Assembly (NCBI RefSeq): GCF_009914755.1
Contig: NC_060934.1
DNA from: the human T2T-CHM13v2.0 reference genome, Homo sapiens
Reading direction: 5' to 3' (one strand)
DNA length: 64,000 nucleotides
This document shows, piece by piece, positions 41,923 through 58,542 of the stretch. The notes under the pieces are model-generated. The model worked only from the letters and a program-made list of their open reading frames with translations, was not told the DNA's origin and did no database searches. Numbering within the stretch: the first letter of the stretch is position 1; every line of letters starts with the position of its first letter. The position numbers and the translations under genes are program-made.

Positions 41923-42565
41923 CTGCACAGAGCCGTGTCCCAGACACGCTGTCAGTGCCTTCAACACGGAGCCGGTTTGTTCATTCGGTGCTTTGTTTCA
42001 TTAAATAATAGGGAAATATCCATTTAAAACAGGTATATCAGTGGAAACACAGAGTTATTTTAAGTGACAGACAAATTACGGTTGAGTTCTGTGGCTTCTT
42101 CACTTGAAGTGCTAACATCAGAATCAAACTTAAAGCTTCCACTATTTATGTCTTTGAGAAGTATGTAGTACCTCGGTATTAACAGACCTGCTGTGATGCA
42201 GTTACACTTTCACGTATTTTTGAAGTATGTCAAGCTACACGGGTCTAAGATATGATTATTTTGGATAAAATGTTACTTTGGTCAAGAGAACTTTTATCCA
42301 GATGACATTACAGGTTCAAGTGGGTTAAGGAGACCTCCTGTACATCTACAGTGTTTCCTTTTAAATTGTCCAGAAAAAAGGTGTGTTCTTCATAAGCTTC
42401 AGTGCAGGATTTTTCAAAGACGAGCTGTTGTGCAATTTGCTGTATTTAATGCATGTTCTGAAAGGATTCACTTTTGACTTTATATGACAGTTGATCAAGA
42501 ACAGGTACTACCCCTTTTTTTCATTTCAAACTTGAAACTGTGAATAAGGTAAGAAAACTATTTTG

Positions 42566-42575
42566 AATAAATAAA
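42566..42575 (+). terminator. EDRF1 poly(A) signal (two overlapping AATAAA)
   Basis: AATAAATAAA followed by U/GU-rich tgtctttgtatttt; weaker alternatives ATTAAA 42000-42005 and AATAAA 42655-42660. Confidence 0.75.
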
Positions 42576-43100
42576 CTATTTATTTAAAATGTCTTTGTAT
42601 TTTTCCAATTTCCATTCTTCACATTGAGTTTTGATTTGAACTCAGTCTAAAATTAATAAACTTTACAAAGCAAAGCTCAAAACATTAAAAGTAAAATTCT
42701 ACTGTCCACTAAATTCTCCCTAGAATATTTTACTTATTGCTGCTGCTACATGGCTCTTGTCCAGTTACACACAAACATCCCCTGTTCTTTGTAATGGCTA
42801 CAGTGCACAAGGCTGTTTTCGTTCATAATTCATATTTTCAATTTCAAGACAGTGTAACAGATAAAACAGGCTCTTTCGAGGTGAGGTGAAGGTCTGGACT
42901 TCTGTGCATGACACCATTGTAGGTAGGTCTGCTGCGTAGGCCTGGGGGCAGGTGCACTGGAGATTCGGCCAGCTCCCTGCAGGCCCTCCATGGTGGCCAG
43001 AACCCGCTCCCACACCAGCCAGACCTCTGAAGGAATTCCAACTATACTAGAAAACTGTCTAGAAGACCTAGTTTTAAGCCGAATTTTTACAGAGCTATGA

Positions 43101-43486
<386 letters not shown>

Positions 43487-44705
43487 TAGCAGAATTCTCT
43501 CTTGCCATTTGTCCACTTGGTTGTTGTTTACTTAGTTTGCATTTTCCCTGGAACAGATTTGTATCGGTTTGCAACAATTAATCACTGAAACATTTAAAGT
43601 TTTGCCTAAATTGTAAAGCAGTTGTACGAATTCAGCAATGTTTCATTTCAGGACCACTGTCATTCCGTTTCCCCTTGTAGCAAGTGTACACACATCATAA
43701 AACTGTCTTTGCCCTGCTAGATAAACCTAGACACTTCTGTTGATTATAATGAAAGATGATATAGTATCTTTTGGGTTAATGAATTCAAAAGGATGTTCCT
43801 ACTTAGGTAGGAATGAGCTGGGATTAGGGGTATGAGAGATGCTTATCTTTCCTCCCAGCCCCTCTCCTTGGTTGAAACAACCTTTCAGTCACGAGGAAAA
43901 TTTGTTCTGAAGCAAGTAAGAATAAATTCTAGTTATCTTCCTTTGTCAAAGCAATAACATGAAAGTTCCTACAGGGGGGAATAAAGATCCTTATAAAATA
44001 CATTTGTAACTTGCTGTTTTTAACTTAAAATTTCCTGAAGTACCTGTGTTTTAGCTATTCCTTTAGAAGAAGAAATTTGGTATTTGTGGCCTGATCATTG
44101 AGGCTACTGAATCCATTTCAGTTAATTTCAGATTTTGTTCACATCATTACAAATGACATTGGGTTTTTGTTTGGGTTAAGAGTTAATAGCCATATTATGT
44201 AAGAGTTAAAGGGATATAATGCCTATCCTAGATATAACTGATATTGGAGAAATAAAATTATCCAGCTAGCTTCAAGAGTCTCCTTTTGGTAGTCTGGTCT
44301 TTAGAACCTAAGTAAACTGTCATGTAAAGTGGTAGGAGAGAACACTAAATGAATTATAGTGAACCAGGAAAGCTGTTCTGTTCAGGGCCATTTGGGTTGC
44401 AGGCCTGTGTGTTCAAACAAGAGGGTGCAACTCACTGCAGGGCCCGAGACCACCACAGTGACACAGAGGAAGTGCAGAGGGCCCTGGGCTGGGATTTGGA
44501 GATGAGGACCCAGAGCTACCACTGGGTTTGACTTTTGGCAGGATACAAACAGATGAACTTTGGCTAATATGACTGGAAATGTGTACAGTAGTATCCATCC
44601 TGCCACGCTGACAGAGTTGTGAAGATCAAGAGAGAAATACACATGAAAACCTTTTGTACACTGTGTTTAGAGAAATGTCATTCTGACAGGGACTGTGGAG
44701 GGCAA

Positions 44706-44711
44706 TTTATT
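44706..44711 (-). terminator. Candidate MMP21 canonical poly(A) signal AATAAA
   Basis: TTTATT on +; first canonical hexamer I found downstream of the stop; variant CATAAA at 44921-44926. Confidence 0.5.
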
Positions 44712-45111
44712 TGAATCCTGTGACTTTCCCATTAAATCCCTCAGTAAAATCATCTCTGTGGCATCTCCTTCCTTGACAGCTTGACCCAGGGCTCTGGCCG
44801 CCCTTCCAACTCCCATCAGGTGGCCAAGCAGTTGGGATGGGCAGAGCCCCACAGAGTAGAAAGCAGGCAAAGATCATTGGATGCTTAGTTTTTGTTTTTT
44901 TGTTTTTTTAAACCTTTTAGTTTATGAATTATGTTTTGCCTGAGCAATTGTTTTTAAATCAAGTATTTTAAAAGTTCAACTAAGGCTTTTCCCATTGGGT
45001 TTTAACTTACAGTGCCATATTTTCTTCAGCTACTGAAAATCCGGTTTTCTTTGTAAACAGTATCAGAATTTTAGCGAAGTCCTATGACCCTCCATTTCCT
45101 ACTTTTTCTTA

Positions 45112-45411
45112 TTACATGTTCAGTGTGGAGATATGGACGTCACAAACATCAAACCACTTCTCTGAAATAAACTTTTTTGGAAATAAGCCATTAGCAGGAA
45201 GCCAGGAATTCTGTTGTTTGTCCTTGTCATTAACTACCTTCCAGTATGCATTGCCTTTGAAAAAGAAAATGGAGTTGTATGCATAGGAGTAATAAGCGGA
45301 ATCTATATTTCTGAAAGGATGATTTTGTGGTATTACTGCTGGAAAAACTTCAGTAATCCTCTTTGGATAAGAATTAAGTACTCGATTTCTGTTGACATCA
45401 AATGCAAATAC
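45112..45411 (-). CDS. MMP21: MMP21 exon 7, coding part (VFAFDVNRN...[14 protein letters not shown])
   Basis: ttgcag|GTA; TAA at 45112-45114. Confidence 0.95.
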   Translation of the reverse strand, partial: VFAFDVNRNRVLNSYPKRITEVFPAVIPQNHPFRNIDSAYYSYAYNSIFFFKGNAYWKVVNDKDKQQNSWLPANGLFPKKFISEKWFDVCDVHISTLNM

Positions 45412-45582
45412 CTGCAAAGCAAATAAGATAGACTGGCTCTTCTGAAAATTATTAATATTTTTTGGTTAATTTATAACAATGAGATAAGTAACTCAAGACT
45501 TTGTACCAAATTCTTTAGACTTGAACTTCTTAATTTTCCATCATGCTCTGCCATTGCTATTTAGATCTGAAGTGAGTACACG

Positions 45583-46176
<594 letters not shown>

Positions 46177-47972
46177 TCATGTGGTTTATTACTATTAAAT
46201 CACGTGACAAAAAGGACAGTTTTCAATCTAGGTCTCAGCCAATCCTGTACAATGTGTTGCCATGATTCTAGGAGAAAACGGGGCTTTCGGCATCTGAGTG
46301 AAGCCTCCACTCCGCCATTTCCCCGCGTCTTGAATTACTCTTACATTTAACCCAGGAAGTGCATTTTTCTTGGCCGTCACTGCTGCAGTTGGAATGCTGG
46401 TTGCCTTTCACACCAAAGCAAACCCTGCCCCATGAACATCATCCTCCCGGCTCTCATCAAAAGCAAAAACAAAACAGCAAAAATCATGTCATTTTTACCT
46501 TAGTATCTTAATGTTTTTTTCTTCTTCCTTTATAGTCTAAAGATGTTCCTTTTAATGTTAGTGGCCCAAGGCTTGGAATCACTTTCGTATCCTAATCAAT
46601 CTAAGTTCTTTTTTTACTGAAGAAATCATGATCCTTATCAGTGGATTATACCTTGAGTGTTTTAGAGTCCCCTAGTCCCACCACCACGCCCATCTTACAA
46701 ATAAGGACACTGGAGTAGAGAGCTGAAGTGACTGGTCCACATTCAGACAGCCTAGGCTGAGCCAGGAATGCAAGCCAGGACTCTCAAATGCCACTCCAGA
46801 GAGGCTCCCCACTGTCCTGTGAAATGGAACTTTGCTCCATTTTGTTTCAGAGTTCAGATGCTCATTTCGTGCTCTAAATCAGTAGAAGCTTATTTTAGCT
46901 GCTTCTTGTTAGTTCCTAATCCTGGATATTTGGCATCTTGCCAACAGAATAGACTAGATCCACTTAGATGCTTTGGTGTTCACAGTTCACAGAACACCCC
47001 AAGCAGTACGTTCCTTAGCAACCAAATATTTAATATACTTGGAAAATTTCACCATTAACAGTGTGACGTTCATCCAGTTAGAGATGCAGTTCACTCTAAC
47101 AGGAATTTCTTTTAATCCAAAATATTCATAGCAAATTAAGATGTTTTTAAAGCTCCAAGAATAAAATACAGCTGTATTGTAGCAGTTACCCTATGATGAC
47201 CTAAATCTATAATTATGATTCTTTGAGTGTTGCCAACATAAATTCTAGTCTGGGACTTCTTAAAACCCTGAAAGATGTGCTTCCAACTCTGAAAGACCTG
47301 AACTATAAAAGTCAGCTGTAAGTCAGTTTTTTTATGTAACTGAAATAATTCTTCCTTTGTGTGATATGAAGGAAAACTGAGACCAGATTTATATACAGGA
47401 TCCTTATGGTAAAATTTGCATATAAAGTTCATTCAGTTTGGCTCTCACCTTGTTAAGTCTTTTTGAGCAATTTAAAGCCCTATGGTTATATTACCAGGAT
47501 TCAGGCAGAGGGGCTACACAACTTGTCTCTGGGTAGGAAAGGGGAAGGAAAAAGCAGTGACCCCAAAATCATGTTTATGATCGGACTCTGTGCTGTCTGG
47601 TTTTGCAAAGGCAGCGTGCCTCGTGCACCGGGTCCAGGGTACTGGATGAGACCGGGTGTGAATAAGGAGCAGCGGCAGTAAGAGTCCCAGACCTGCCTTT
47701 CTTGGTGTGTTCCCCATGACCCCCCAGGCTCCATCACATCAGTCTCTGTCTTCCAGCAAAACACTGACCTTCCATGTTGAGCAATTGCCATTGATGGCTC
47801 GTGGCCTGCTCAGTGAAGTCCAGCCCCGACCCTGGCATTCGAGGCCCTCCGTGGTTGGGCCAACCCGCCTTTCTAGCCTGACCTCATCCCGGGTAAGTCT
47901 GTCACCAGCTTTGATGGACCCCAGTCTCACAGCTCTGTGGCTTTTTCACTCCCAACCCCACGGCTTCGCTTC

Positions 47973-48182
47973 TGCTGCTCGTCTCTGACCACTTCCATGC
48001 CCTCATCCACTCTCCATTCTGGGTGCCTTTTTCTGGGCATCCCAGATCCCACCCATCCTTGAGTCTAGGCCACGACCTGATTCCTGGGGGCGCCAGCACC
48101 CAATTCCAGGTAGCAGTGATCACCTCTTCTGCTCGGTCTGCCCCTTAAAAACACTTCTGTTGCTAGATGTCCAAGGTATTTT
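47973..48182 (+). repeat. Local duplication copy A (MMP21 intron 5)
   Basis: About 94% identical to 51685-51892. Confidence 0.95.
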
Positions 48183-48315
48183 TTTTTCCCTCCAGAACCA
48201 GATTAAAACTCCTGCAGGGCAGGGCCCTTTCTTACAGTTTTTTGGCAGCCACCTTAGTACCTAGGAAAGTTCATTCACTCATTCGGTGACTTAGTGCCGT
48301 CTTAAAAAGATCAGG

Positions 48316-48609
48316 GCCTGGGTGCAGTGGTTCACACCTGTAATCCCAACACTTTGAGAGGCCAAGGTGGGAAAGCGGCTTGAAGCCAGGAGTTCAAGAC
48401 TAGCCTGGGCAACATAGTGAGACCCCATCTCTAAAAAAAAAAAATTGTTTTAATTAAGCCAGGTGTAGTGGTGCGTGCCTGTGGTCCCAGCTACTCAGGA
48501 GGCTGAGGTGGGAACAGCACTTGAGCCCGGGAGGTCAAGGCTGTAGTGAGCCGTGATTGTGCACTCCAGCCTGGGTAACAGTGAAACTCTGTCTCAGAAA
48601 CAAAAAAAA
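48316..48609 (+). mobile_element. Alu (AluJ-like), MMP21 intron 5
   Basis: Alu consensus. Confidence 0.92.
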
Positions 48610-48694
48610 TGGAATACAACCCAATCCTTGTGCCCTCAGAGCTTCCAGTCTGATGGAGCAGACAGAAATTAAGCAAGTAATGACAAGAGCATTA

Positions 48695-49042
<348 letters not shown>

Positions 49043-49188
49043 TTAAAAAAACAAACAAAAAACAGCCACTTGTCACATACATGGTGCAAAACTTATATTT
49101 TCATATGTGACTTGAATGAAGACAGTTGCAAAGCTGGGGCTTTCTATAAAAACACCTTAAAGCAAGACACCATGTAAGGCTGAAGTGG

Positions 49189-49494
49189 GGCCAGGTGCAG
49201 TGGCGCATGCCTGTAATCCCAGCACCTTGGGAGACCGAGACAGGAGGATTGCTTGAGTTCAAGACCAGCCTGGGCAACATGGTGAAACCCAGTGTCTACA
49301 AAAAAAAAAAAAAATACAAAAAGTAGCCGGGCATGGTGGCACGTGCCTGTGGTCCCTTGGCACAGGTTACTTGGGAAGCTGAGGTGGGAGGATTGCTTGA
49401 GCCTGAGAAGTTGAGGCTGCAGTGAGCTGAGATCAGTCCACTACACTCCAGCTTGGGCGATAGAGTGAGACCCTATCTTGAAAAGAAAAAAAAA
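49189..49494 (+). mobile_element. Alu, MMP21 intron 4
   Basis: Alu consensus. Confidence 0.92.
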
Positions 49495-49743
49495 CAGATT
49501 GAGGTGGTGCGCAGAGGGAGCTGGAGGTGCCAGGCTGCCTGCTACAGTCCTGGTTCACAGGCACATCCTGGCTTCATTCTTCACAGTGCCCCAGGCCACT
49601 CTCAGAAGCATCTCAGTTTGGTTGTGAAGTTATGTACGGTTGACCACCCTAAATATAGCTACTGAATGCCTCCCTTGACACCTTGATGGCAGTTTGACTT
49701 CATTAGAGGGAAGAAGTTTGATTCTGGGCTCATGTAAGAGTAA

Positions 49744-50162
<419 letters not shown>

Positions 50163-50533
50163 TGAATGGAAAAGAGGAGGACAGCTTTCTTCCCTTGGGC
50201 CTCGGTACTAAATCACTAACCACTTTAATTAAATAATCAACCACTAGAACGTTTGGCCTGAACGATTCTAAATAGAGATTGGAGCTTATCCTGGCCAGGC
50301 TAAGCTCAGTTTTTTGGGATTGCAGTAAACTCCCAGGGCTTCCAGTGTGTGCGTCTCTGGTGGGATGCCACAGCACGGGTTGGGGGCCCGCTTGTGTTGA
50401 GAAAACCACCCCGCATTCACTGTCCTCCTGGGAAATGCATGTGGTGAGAGAGGACACAGGAGGGACTGGCTGTCGACTGGGCAAAACCACTTTTTAACTG
50501 AGAGAATGGCATCAGGGAGCTAGAGGGTGGCTA

Positions 50534-50809
<276 letters not shown>

Positions 50810-51036
50810 CTAGAAGGGGACACACACCATGGGTGCTGGGTGAAGCCTGGGCGATGGATCCCTGCATAACAGACGCAGGCCTGTGCTTCGAGAGGAGCGT
50901 TGCTTGTGAAGAGGGGAGCACCGGTGGAACTGGGGAGCCATTCCACGGATTCACCTCCTCAGAGGTTGCGGACACTACATGAGAAAAGCTTGGACTTTTT
51001 GGACGTCAGCCCATGAGCACTGCTGGTGTCTTATCA

Positions 51037-51264
<228 letters not shown>

Positions 51265-51684
51265 CTAGGGGGTCCCCAGCCTCCAGGAGCCGGCAGCAGA
51301 GGTAGACAGAGTGGCAGCTCCTGGATTAAGTCCTCAATGTGCGGAGGGTGGGAGACGGTTTGTTTGTAAACTGTGTTTACAGTCCACAGACTGTCAGAGA
51401 CCAGCAGGCACCAAGTGCCTGGGAGCAGAGGGGAGCGGGGCTGGGTGAGAGCCCGGCTGGGGGCCTGGGAAGATGGCAAAAAGGCCTCACCCGGACAAGA
51501 TCGGGGCCGGATCCTCGCCTCTGCGGAGGTCGTGAAATATTGAAAGCTGGGTCCCTTAAAATTTGTCTTTTTCAGCCAACCGTGTCCCTATACTTCTCAC
51601 CCTGGGACATTAACCCAGTGAGACCAGAAGACAGCCCTGAGCACCCCCGGGTCACAGATGGGGCTGCAAAGCGGCTTGTCTGCT

Positions 51685-52887
<1,203 letters not shown>

Positions 52888-52889
52888 CT

Positions 52890-53056
52890 AGAGAGACAGA
52901 GACATGGGGATAGAGACAGAGACAGAGAGAAGCAGAGAGACAGACAGGGAGAAACAGATGGAGATAGCAATAGAAACAGGAAGACAGAGAGAGATAGAGA
53001 TACAGAGAGAGCGGCAGTGAGAGACAGAGACAGGAGAGAGGTAGACAGGAGAGAAG
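52890..53056 (+). repeat. Polypurine (GA/AGAC)n low-complexity tract
   Basis: gagagacagagac... about 165 nt; forms a pyrimidine-rich tract upstream of the MMP21 exon 2 acceptor on the - strand. Confidence 0.9.
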
Positions 53057-53977
53057 GAGCGAGTCCTGGGCGCCTTCCTGAGTGCGGGCCCTGGATGGGC
53101 ACCAGGCTGAGTCAGAGGCACCCTAGGGCCGGAGGAGCAGGAGACCTGGGCAGCGGGGTGGGCGAGTGCCGGGAGGAGGTAAGAGGTCGCGGGGGAGGAA
53201 GACGCTCCCCCCGGCCTTGCGGGGCAGGTCGCGCAGGGCAGGTCGTGCGGGGCAGGTGGGGGGTGCCAAGGAAGTCCGGGCGTGGCCACACCGCAGAGAA
53301 AGCCATGGGAGGCACGTCCTGAGAGCTGGGAATTGGAACTGAGGGGCTTGGCAGTGGTTGGGTCTGAGGACCTGGGGGGCTTCCTCATGGCCGCACAGCG
53401 GGAGGGAGGTCAGCGGCCTCCACGCGGCTGCGGGCCTGGCCACAGGGCGGCTCTCCTGCTCCCTGCCCTGGCCTCTGGGGCACTGTGGGAGCTGGGGATT
53501 GGACTTGACCCTGAGCATCAGCTCCTGGCCTATGGTGACCAAAGGACCACGTGCCAGAGCAGGTGAAGGGGCCTCATGGGTCCACTCCCTGCCCGCCACC
53601 ACGACTCTCTGGAGGAGGGGATCGCCTGCATTGGACCTCCTGGGTGCTTCACCACAGACTCCGGTGAAGTCCACGGATGCCACCCCAGACAGCTGTTAGG
53701 ATCCTTACTATTGCGGTGTTGGGGAACCTTGCAGGGCTGTCCCCTTCTCTACATCCAGAGATTGGCATGGTGAGCAGCCACAGAATGCCTTCGGACAGTG
53801 CCTTGGCCACTACAGTATCACATGCTTGCCTTTGGAAAGGCACTTGGCATTTGAGTCTGTTGTCTGCGCACTGACATTTCTTTCTCACTAGGGCTGACCT
53901 GTGGGATTGTCGAATCAGGTTAAGCATCGATTCATGGTTGTTCCAATAGGAGCCACAGGAGCCACTCCTCCCTCTCA

Positions 53978-54322
<345 letters not shown>

Positions 54323-54356
54323 TCACCTCTCCTTAAGGAGCAGGACCTAGGGTGGC

Positions 54357-54363
54357 TTTTATA
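54357..54363 (-). promoter_or_regulatory. MMP21 TATA box (TATAAAA); predicted TSS near 54330; E-box CACGTG at 54436-54441
   Basis: TATAAAAG on the - strand about 86 nt upstream of the ATG. Confidence 0.65.
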
Positions 54364-55297
54364 AGCTACGCAGGAGGGAGCACCCAGGTTTCCAAGCATT
54401 TCTCACCCAGCCCTGAAGTGTGCCCGCTAGGAGGCCACGTGGCAGGCCCTGGGCGTGCTGCCTTTGAAGACCCCAGGCTCACCTTTCTTGTTGGTGTGAG
54501 AACTCCTTCTCTCAGCCTCCAGAGTTTGCCATGTCCTCCGATAATTACATCCTCCAGTTGCCAGTGCCTGTGGGTTCCATTTCTATGGAGATATACTGCG
54601 GGCAAGTTTGCCGCTAAATGAGCTGTGGAATTAACAGAGGCACGAGACTGCGCCCCTAACAACATGCCTCTCAGAGCTGAGCCTGAGTTTAAAAACCCTG
54701 ACCGTTAGTTTGCTTACAGTTTGGGTCACTTTTTTTTTCTTGGTGAACTGGGGTTTGGAGATTTTTAGTTTGTTTCTCACACATTTTTTGTGTGGCTTTT
54801 CTTCTTTTTGTTTATCTTTATATAAAGGAGATCTTCTGAGCAGATAGTATAAATTGTAAAAGTACTGAGAATGAAGGAGACATTCTGTGATTCCGGTGGT
54901 GACATTTCAGTGAACATTCTTGCAGATACATATGCACAGATGCCTAGAGAAGTATTTGTGTGTGTCTCTCATTTTACATGAACTCTATTCTCTGTTCTTA
55001 CAAGCCAGCACAACGTTACAGGCACTTTTCTGTTTCTGAATGTAAGTATTTATCGTTCTAGTTAATGACTGCACAGCGTCCCATTCTGTGGGTAAAGATT
55101 TTTATAGAAGGATAAACTAGAATCACCTCAGCCCACTACTTTTTCCCCTCATGGAGAAGCCTCAAGTTTCTTTGGGATCCTGAAGACAGAGCCTTCCCTG
55201 AACTGGGCTTTTATCTGAGCAGATGTCCTCCCGAGAGTGCAGACTGACTGGGTCACAGCCGTCCATGGGAATATTGAGAATCATAGAAATACGGAGA

Positions 55298-55759
55298 GGC
55301 CAGGTGCAGTGGCTCAGACCCATAATCCCAGCGTTGCGGGAGGCTGAGGCAGGAGGACTGAGGCCAGGAGTTTGAGACAAGCAAGGGCAACAAAATGAGA
55401 CCTCATTTCTATCAAAAAATGTTTAAAAATTAGCTTGGCATCGGCCGGGCGTGGTGGCTCACACCTATAATCCCAACACTTTAGGAAACCAAGGTGGGTG
55501 GATTGCTTGAATCCAGGAGTTCAAGACCAGCAAGAGTTCAAGACCAGCCTGGGCAACATGATGAAACCCCATCTCTACTAAAAATACAAAAATTAGCCAG
55601 GTGTAGTGGCATGCGTGCCAATAGTTCCAGCTACTTAGGGGAGCTGAGGCTGGAGGATCACTTGTGTCCAGGAGGTTAAGACTGAAATGAGCCGAGATCA
55701 CTTCACTGCACAACAACTTGGATGACAGAATGAGACCCTGTTTCAAAAGGAAAAAAAAA
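55298..55759 (+). mobile_element. Compound Alu: left arm (55298-55442) followed by a full Alu (55443-55759)
   Basis: Two consecutive Alu heads; internal duplication gagttcaagaccagc. Confidence 0.88.
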
Positions 55760-57226
55760 GTGGATAGAGTGATGTGTGCCACTTGCAGGCCTGAACTCTA
55801 AGACCACCCTCCTATTCTCTGTGATTTCTCTTCCCTCAACTCCTGACCAGACGCAGAGCCTCCAGCAGAAGTGGCTTGGATCCCTGAATCCCCCTGTGGA
55901 AGGCCACCCTCAAACCCTTGACTGCTCTGTGACAGGAGCAAGAAACACAACTGTATTGCGTGGAGCCTAAGATTTGGGGTTGGTGGGTGCAGCAGTTAGA
56001 CAACCCTAATACAGGCCACTAAATGCTTAGTCTGTCCCCAGAAGGACCTGTAACATGCTCCTCATTCCCTAACACCTGTCTCCAGTAGAGACTACAGCTT
56101 GCCCTTTCCTCCCTGGTGAAGGCTGCACAGGTCAAAGAGCAGGATGGGTTTTCCTGTCCCTGATGGCTGCCTCCACTCAGGGAAGTGCCCTGCTCCTGTG
56201 AGCCTCATGACAGTTTTCTGGGTCACTTCCAGCCTTCCTAGTAGCTGTCCTCTCCCCAAGACGCATTCGCCCCTTTTCTTGCAGGGTTCTCCTGTATTCC
56301 ATGTCCTTCCATTGTCCTGGACCCTGGCATCCCTGTGAATGACTGGTGCATTGCTCTGACCTCCCTCTCCGTGACTGTGATCTGAAGATTCTCACCTCCA
56401 CTCCACTCGAGTCACCCGTGGCCTGGCCTCGCCTGGCCCAGCCCTGGCACCCCCTGCACTGCTGCGCCTCTGATCCCACAGGCATAGGCAGCCCCTGATG
56501 CCCACCGCTGGCTCTCCTCGGAGCTTCTCACCCTCTTGTCCCTATCACTGGCCCTCTGACCCCCAACTGCACTGAGGGTCCTGAGGGTCCTTCTGCCTCA
56601 CCCACCTAAGTTGTCTTGGATCCTTGGTTTTTACCCTGTCCAGCTCAGATCCCACAGATGCCGACCAAGCCCTTGCCTGAGAGCCTCCTACCACCCCTGC
56701 ACTGGGGGCCGCACCCTGGGCGGATCTGGCTTTCTGTTTCCTCCATCTTGCTGAGCACTCATTTGCTCATCCATTTGCTCATCCATTTCCTTTAAACTCA
56801 TGACTACAGCCCCTTCCCCGTGGGCTCCTGCACTGCACAGCAACCCCCGCATCTCCCACTTTCCTGAGTGTTTCCTTTCCTCCTCTCTTCTTGGTGGGTC
56901 ACACACAGCCCTGAGGTGCTGACTCTCGGGGCAGGGGAAGGGCAGAGTATGAGAAGGAAAAAGTAAGTAGAGGTTCAGGTTCGCTGCAGGAATTTCTACC
57001 CCAGTATCCAGAGGGCTTGCAGGAAATGAATTAAAGTTCTTTGGGCACTGTGATTTTGCAGATGAGAACTGAGAATTTTATGTCAAAGGTCTCCAAGAAG
57101 AGCAGGTGTGCACAGGCCTGTGTGGGGCTATCCGTTAGTTATTCATTCAGTCATCATGCAGCAAATATTTATTACTGTCCTAGCGACAGGGAATACAGAA
57201 ATGAACATGATGAATTCATTCCCTAC

Positions 57227-57647
57227 CATATTAGTCAGGGTTCTCTAGAGGGACAGAATTAATAGGGTAGATATATTAAGTAGTATTAACTCACACGATC
57301 ACAAAGTCCCACAATAGGCCATCTGTAAGCTGAGGAGCAAGGAAGCCAGTCTGAGTCCCAAAGCTGAAGAACTTGGAGTCCGATGTTCCAGGGCAGGAAG
57401 CATCCAGCACAGGAGAAAGATGCAGGCTGGGAGGCTAAGCCAGTCTAGTCTTTTCATGTTTTTCTGCCTGCTTTGTATTCTAGGAGCTGATTAGATGGTG
57501 CCCACCCAGATTAAGGGTGGGTCTGCCTGTCCCAGCCCACTGACCCAAATGCTAATCTCCTTTGGCAACACCCTCACAGACACACCCAGGATCAATACTT
57601 TACATCCTTCAATCGAATCAAGTGGACACTCAGTATTAACCATCACA
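57227..57647 (-). mobile_element. MLT2A (HERV-L) solo LTR with 5-bp TSD CCTAC, nested in an L2
   Basis: tattagtcagggttctctagagggacagaa...cactcagtattaaccatcaca; TSD at 57222-57226 and 57648-57652. Confidence 0.88.
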
Positions 57648-58542
57648 CCTACCCTCATGGAATGTAGATCCTAAGTAGGGAAGACAGACAATAAACAAAA
57701 AAGAAATGAAAAATTCCAATAGTGACAGGTGCTAGGAATAGAATTAGGGAAAGTGAGTGTCTATGGGGAAGAGTGAATGTTCAGGTGAGCAGGAAAGACC
57801 TCTTGTGCAGATGAAATCTGGGCAGTAGCAGAAAGATCAGAGGGACTCAGTCACATGTGACTGGGGGTTCGGGAGTGGTGTACATTTTAGGCCAGGAAAG
57901 GGCAAGTGCACAGGCCCTGAGGCTGGGACTGGCTGGGCAAACCTACAATAGTAGGGAAGAAAGAACAGCCTGGCTGGACATGAGTGGGAGGAGTGAGCTG
58001 GGAGGGGAGGATGAAGAGGAGCAGGTGAAGGTCAGATGGGGAAGGACCCATAGGGCAAATAAGGAGTCTGGGTTCACTGTAAGTTCAGGTGGAACATTTT
58101 GAGTGGACAATGCCAGGACTGGCTACTTATTAAAGAACCTCTGTGCAGTTCTGAGGTTGGTGTAGGCTGTGCCTCCTGGGGTGAAACCCTCTGGCTATCA
58201 TCAACTCCTCTCTGTTTTTCTGACTGTGCCGCACCCTAGAACACTTTCCTGGGCTCTAGGACACCGGGCTTTCCGGGGAAGGCACAGTCCTACACTGTGA
58301 CCCAGGGGATCCATTCCTCATTGGGCCCACACCGAATGCTGTGGGGGAAAGGTGGGACCTGGGATGCTGGGAAGGGGTGCTCAGGAGGAGCTTGGGCACC
58401 CACCACGATCCTTGTTCTGTTTGAAGACTGGCAGTTCTGTCCATTCCACCAGCTCTGGTCAAAGACTGTGCTTCTGAAAGTCAAATCTGAAAAGTTGCAT
58501 GACAGCTCTCCCCAGTGGGGTAAGATGATTCCCCTTTGGGAT

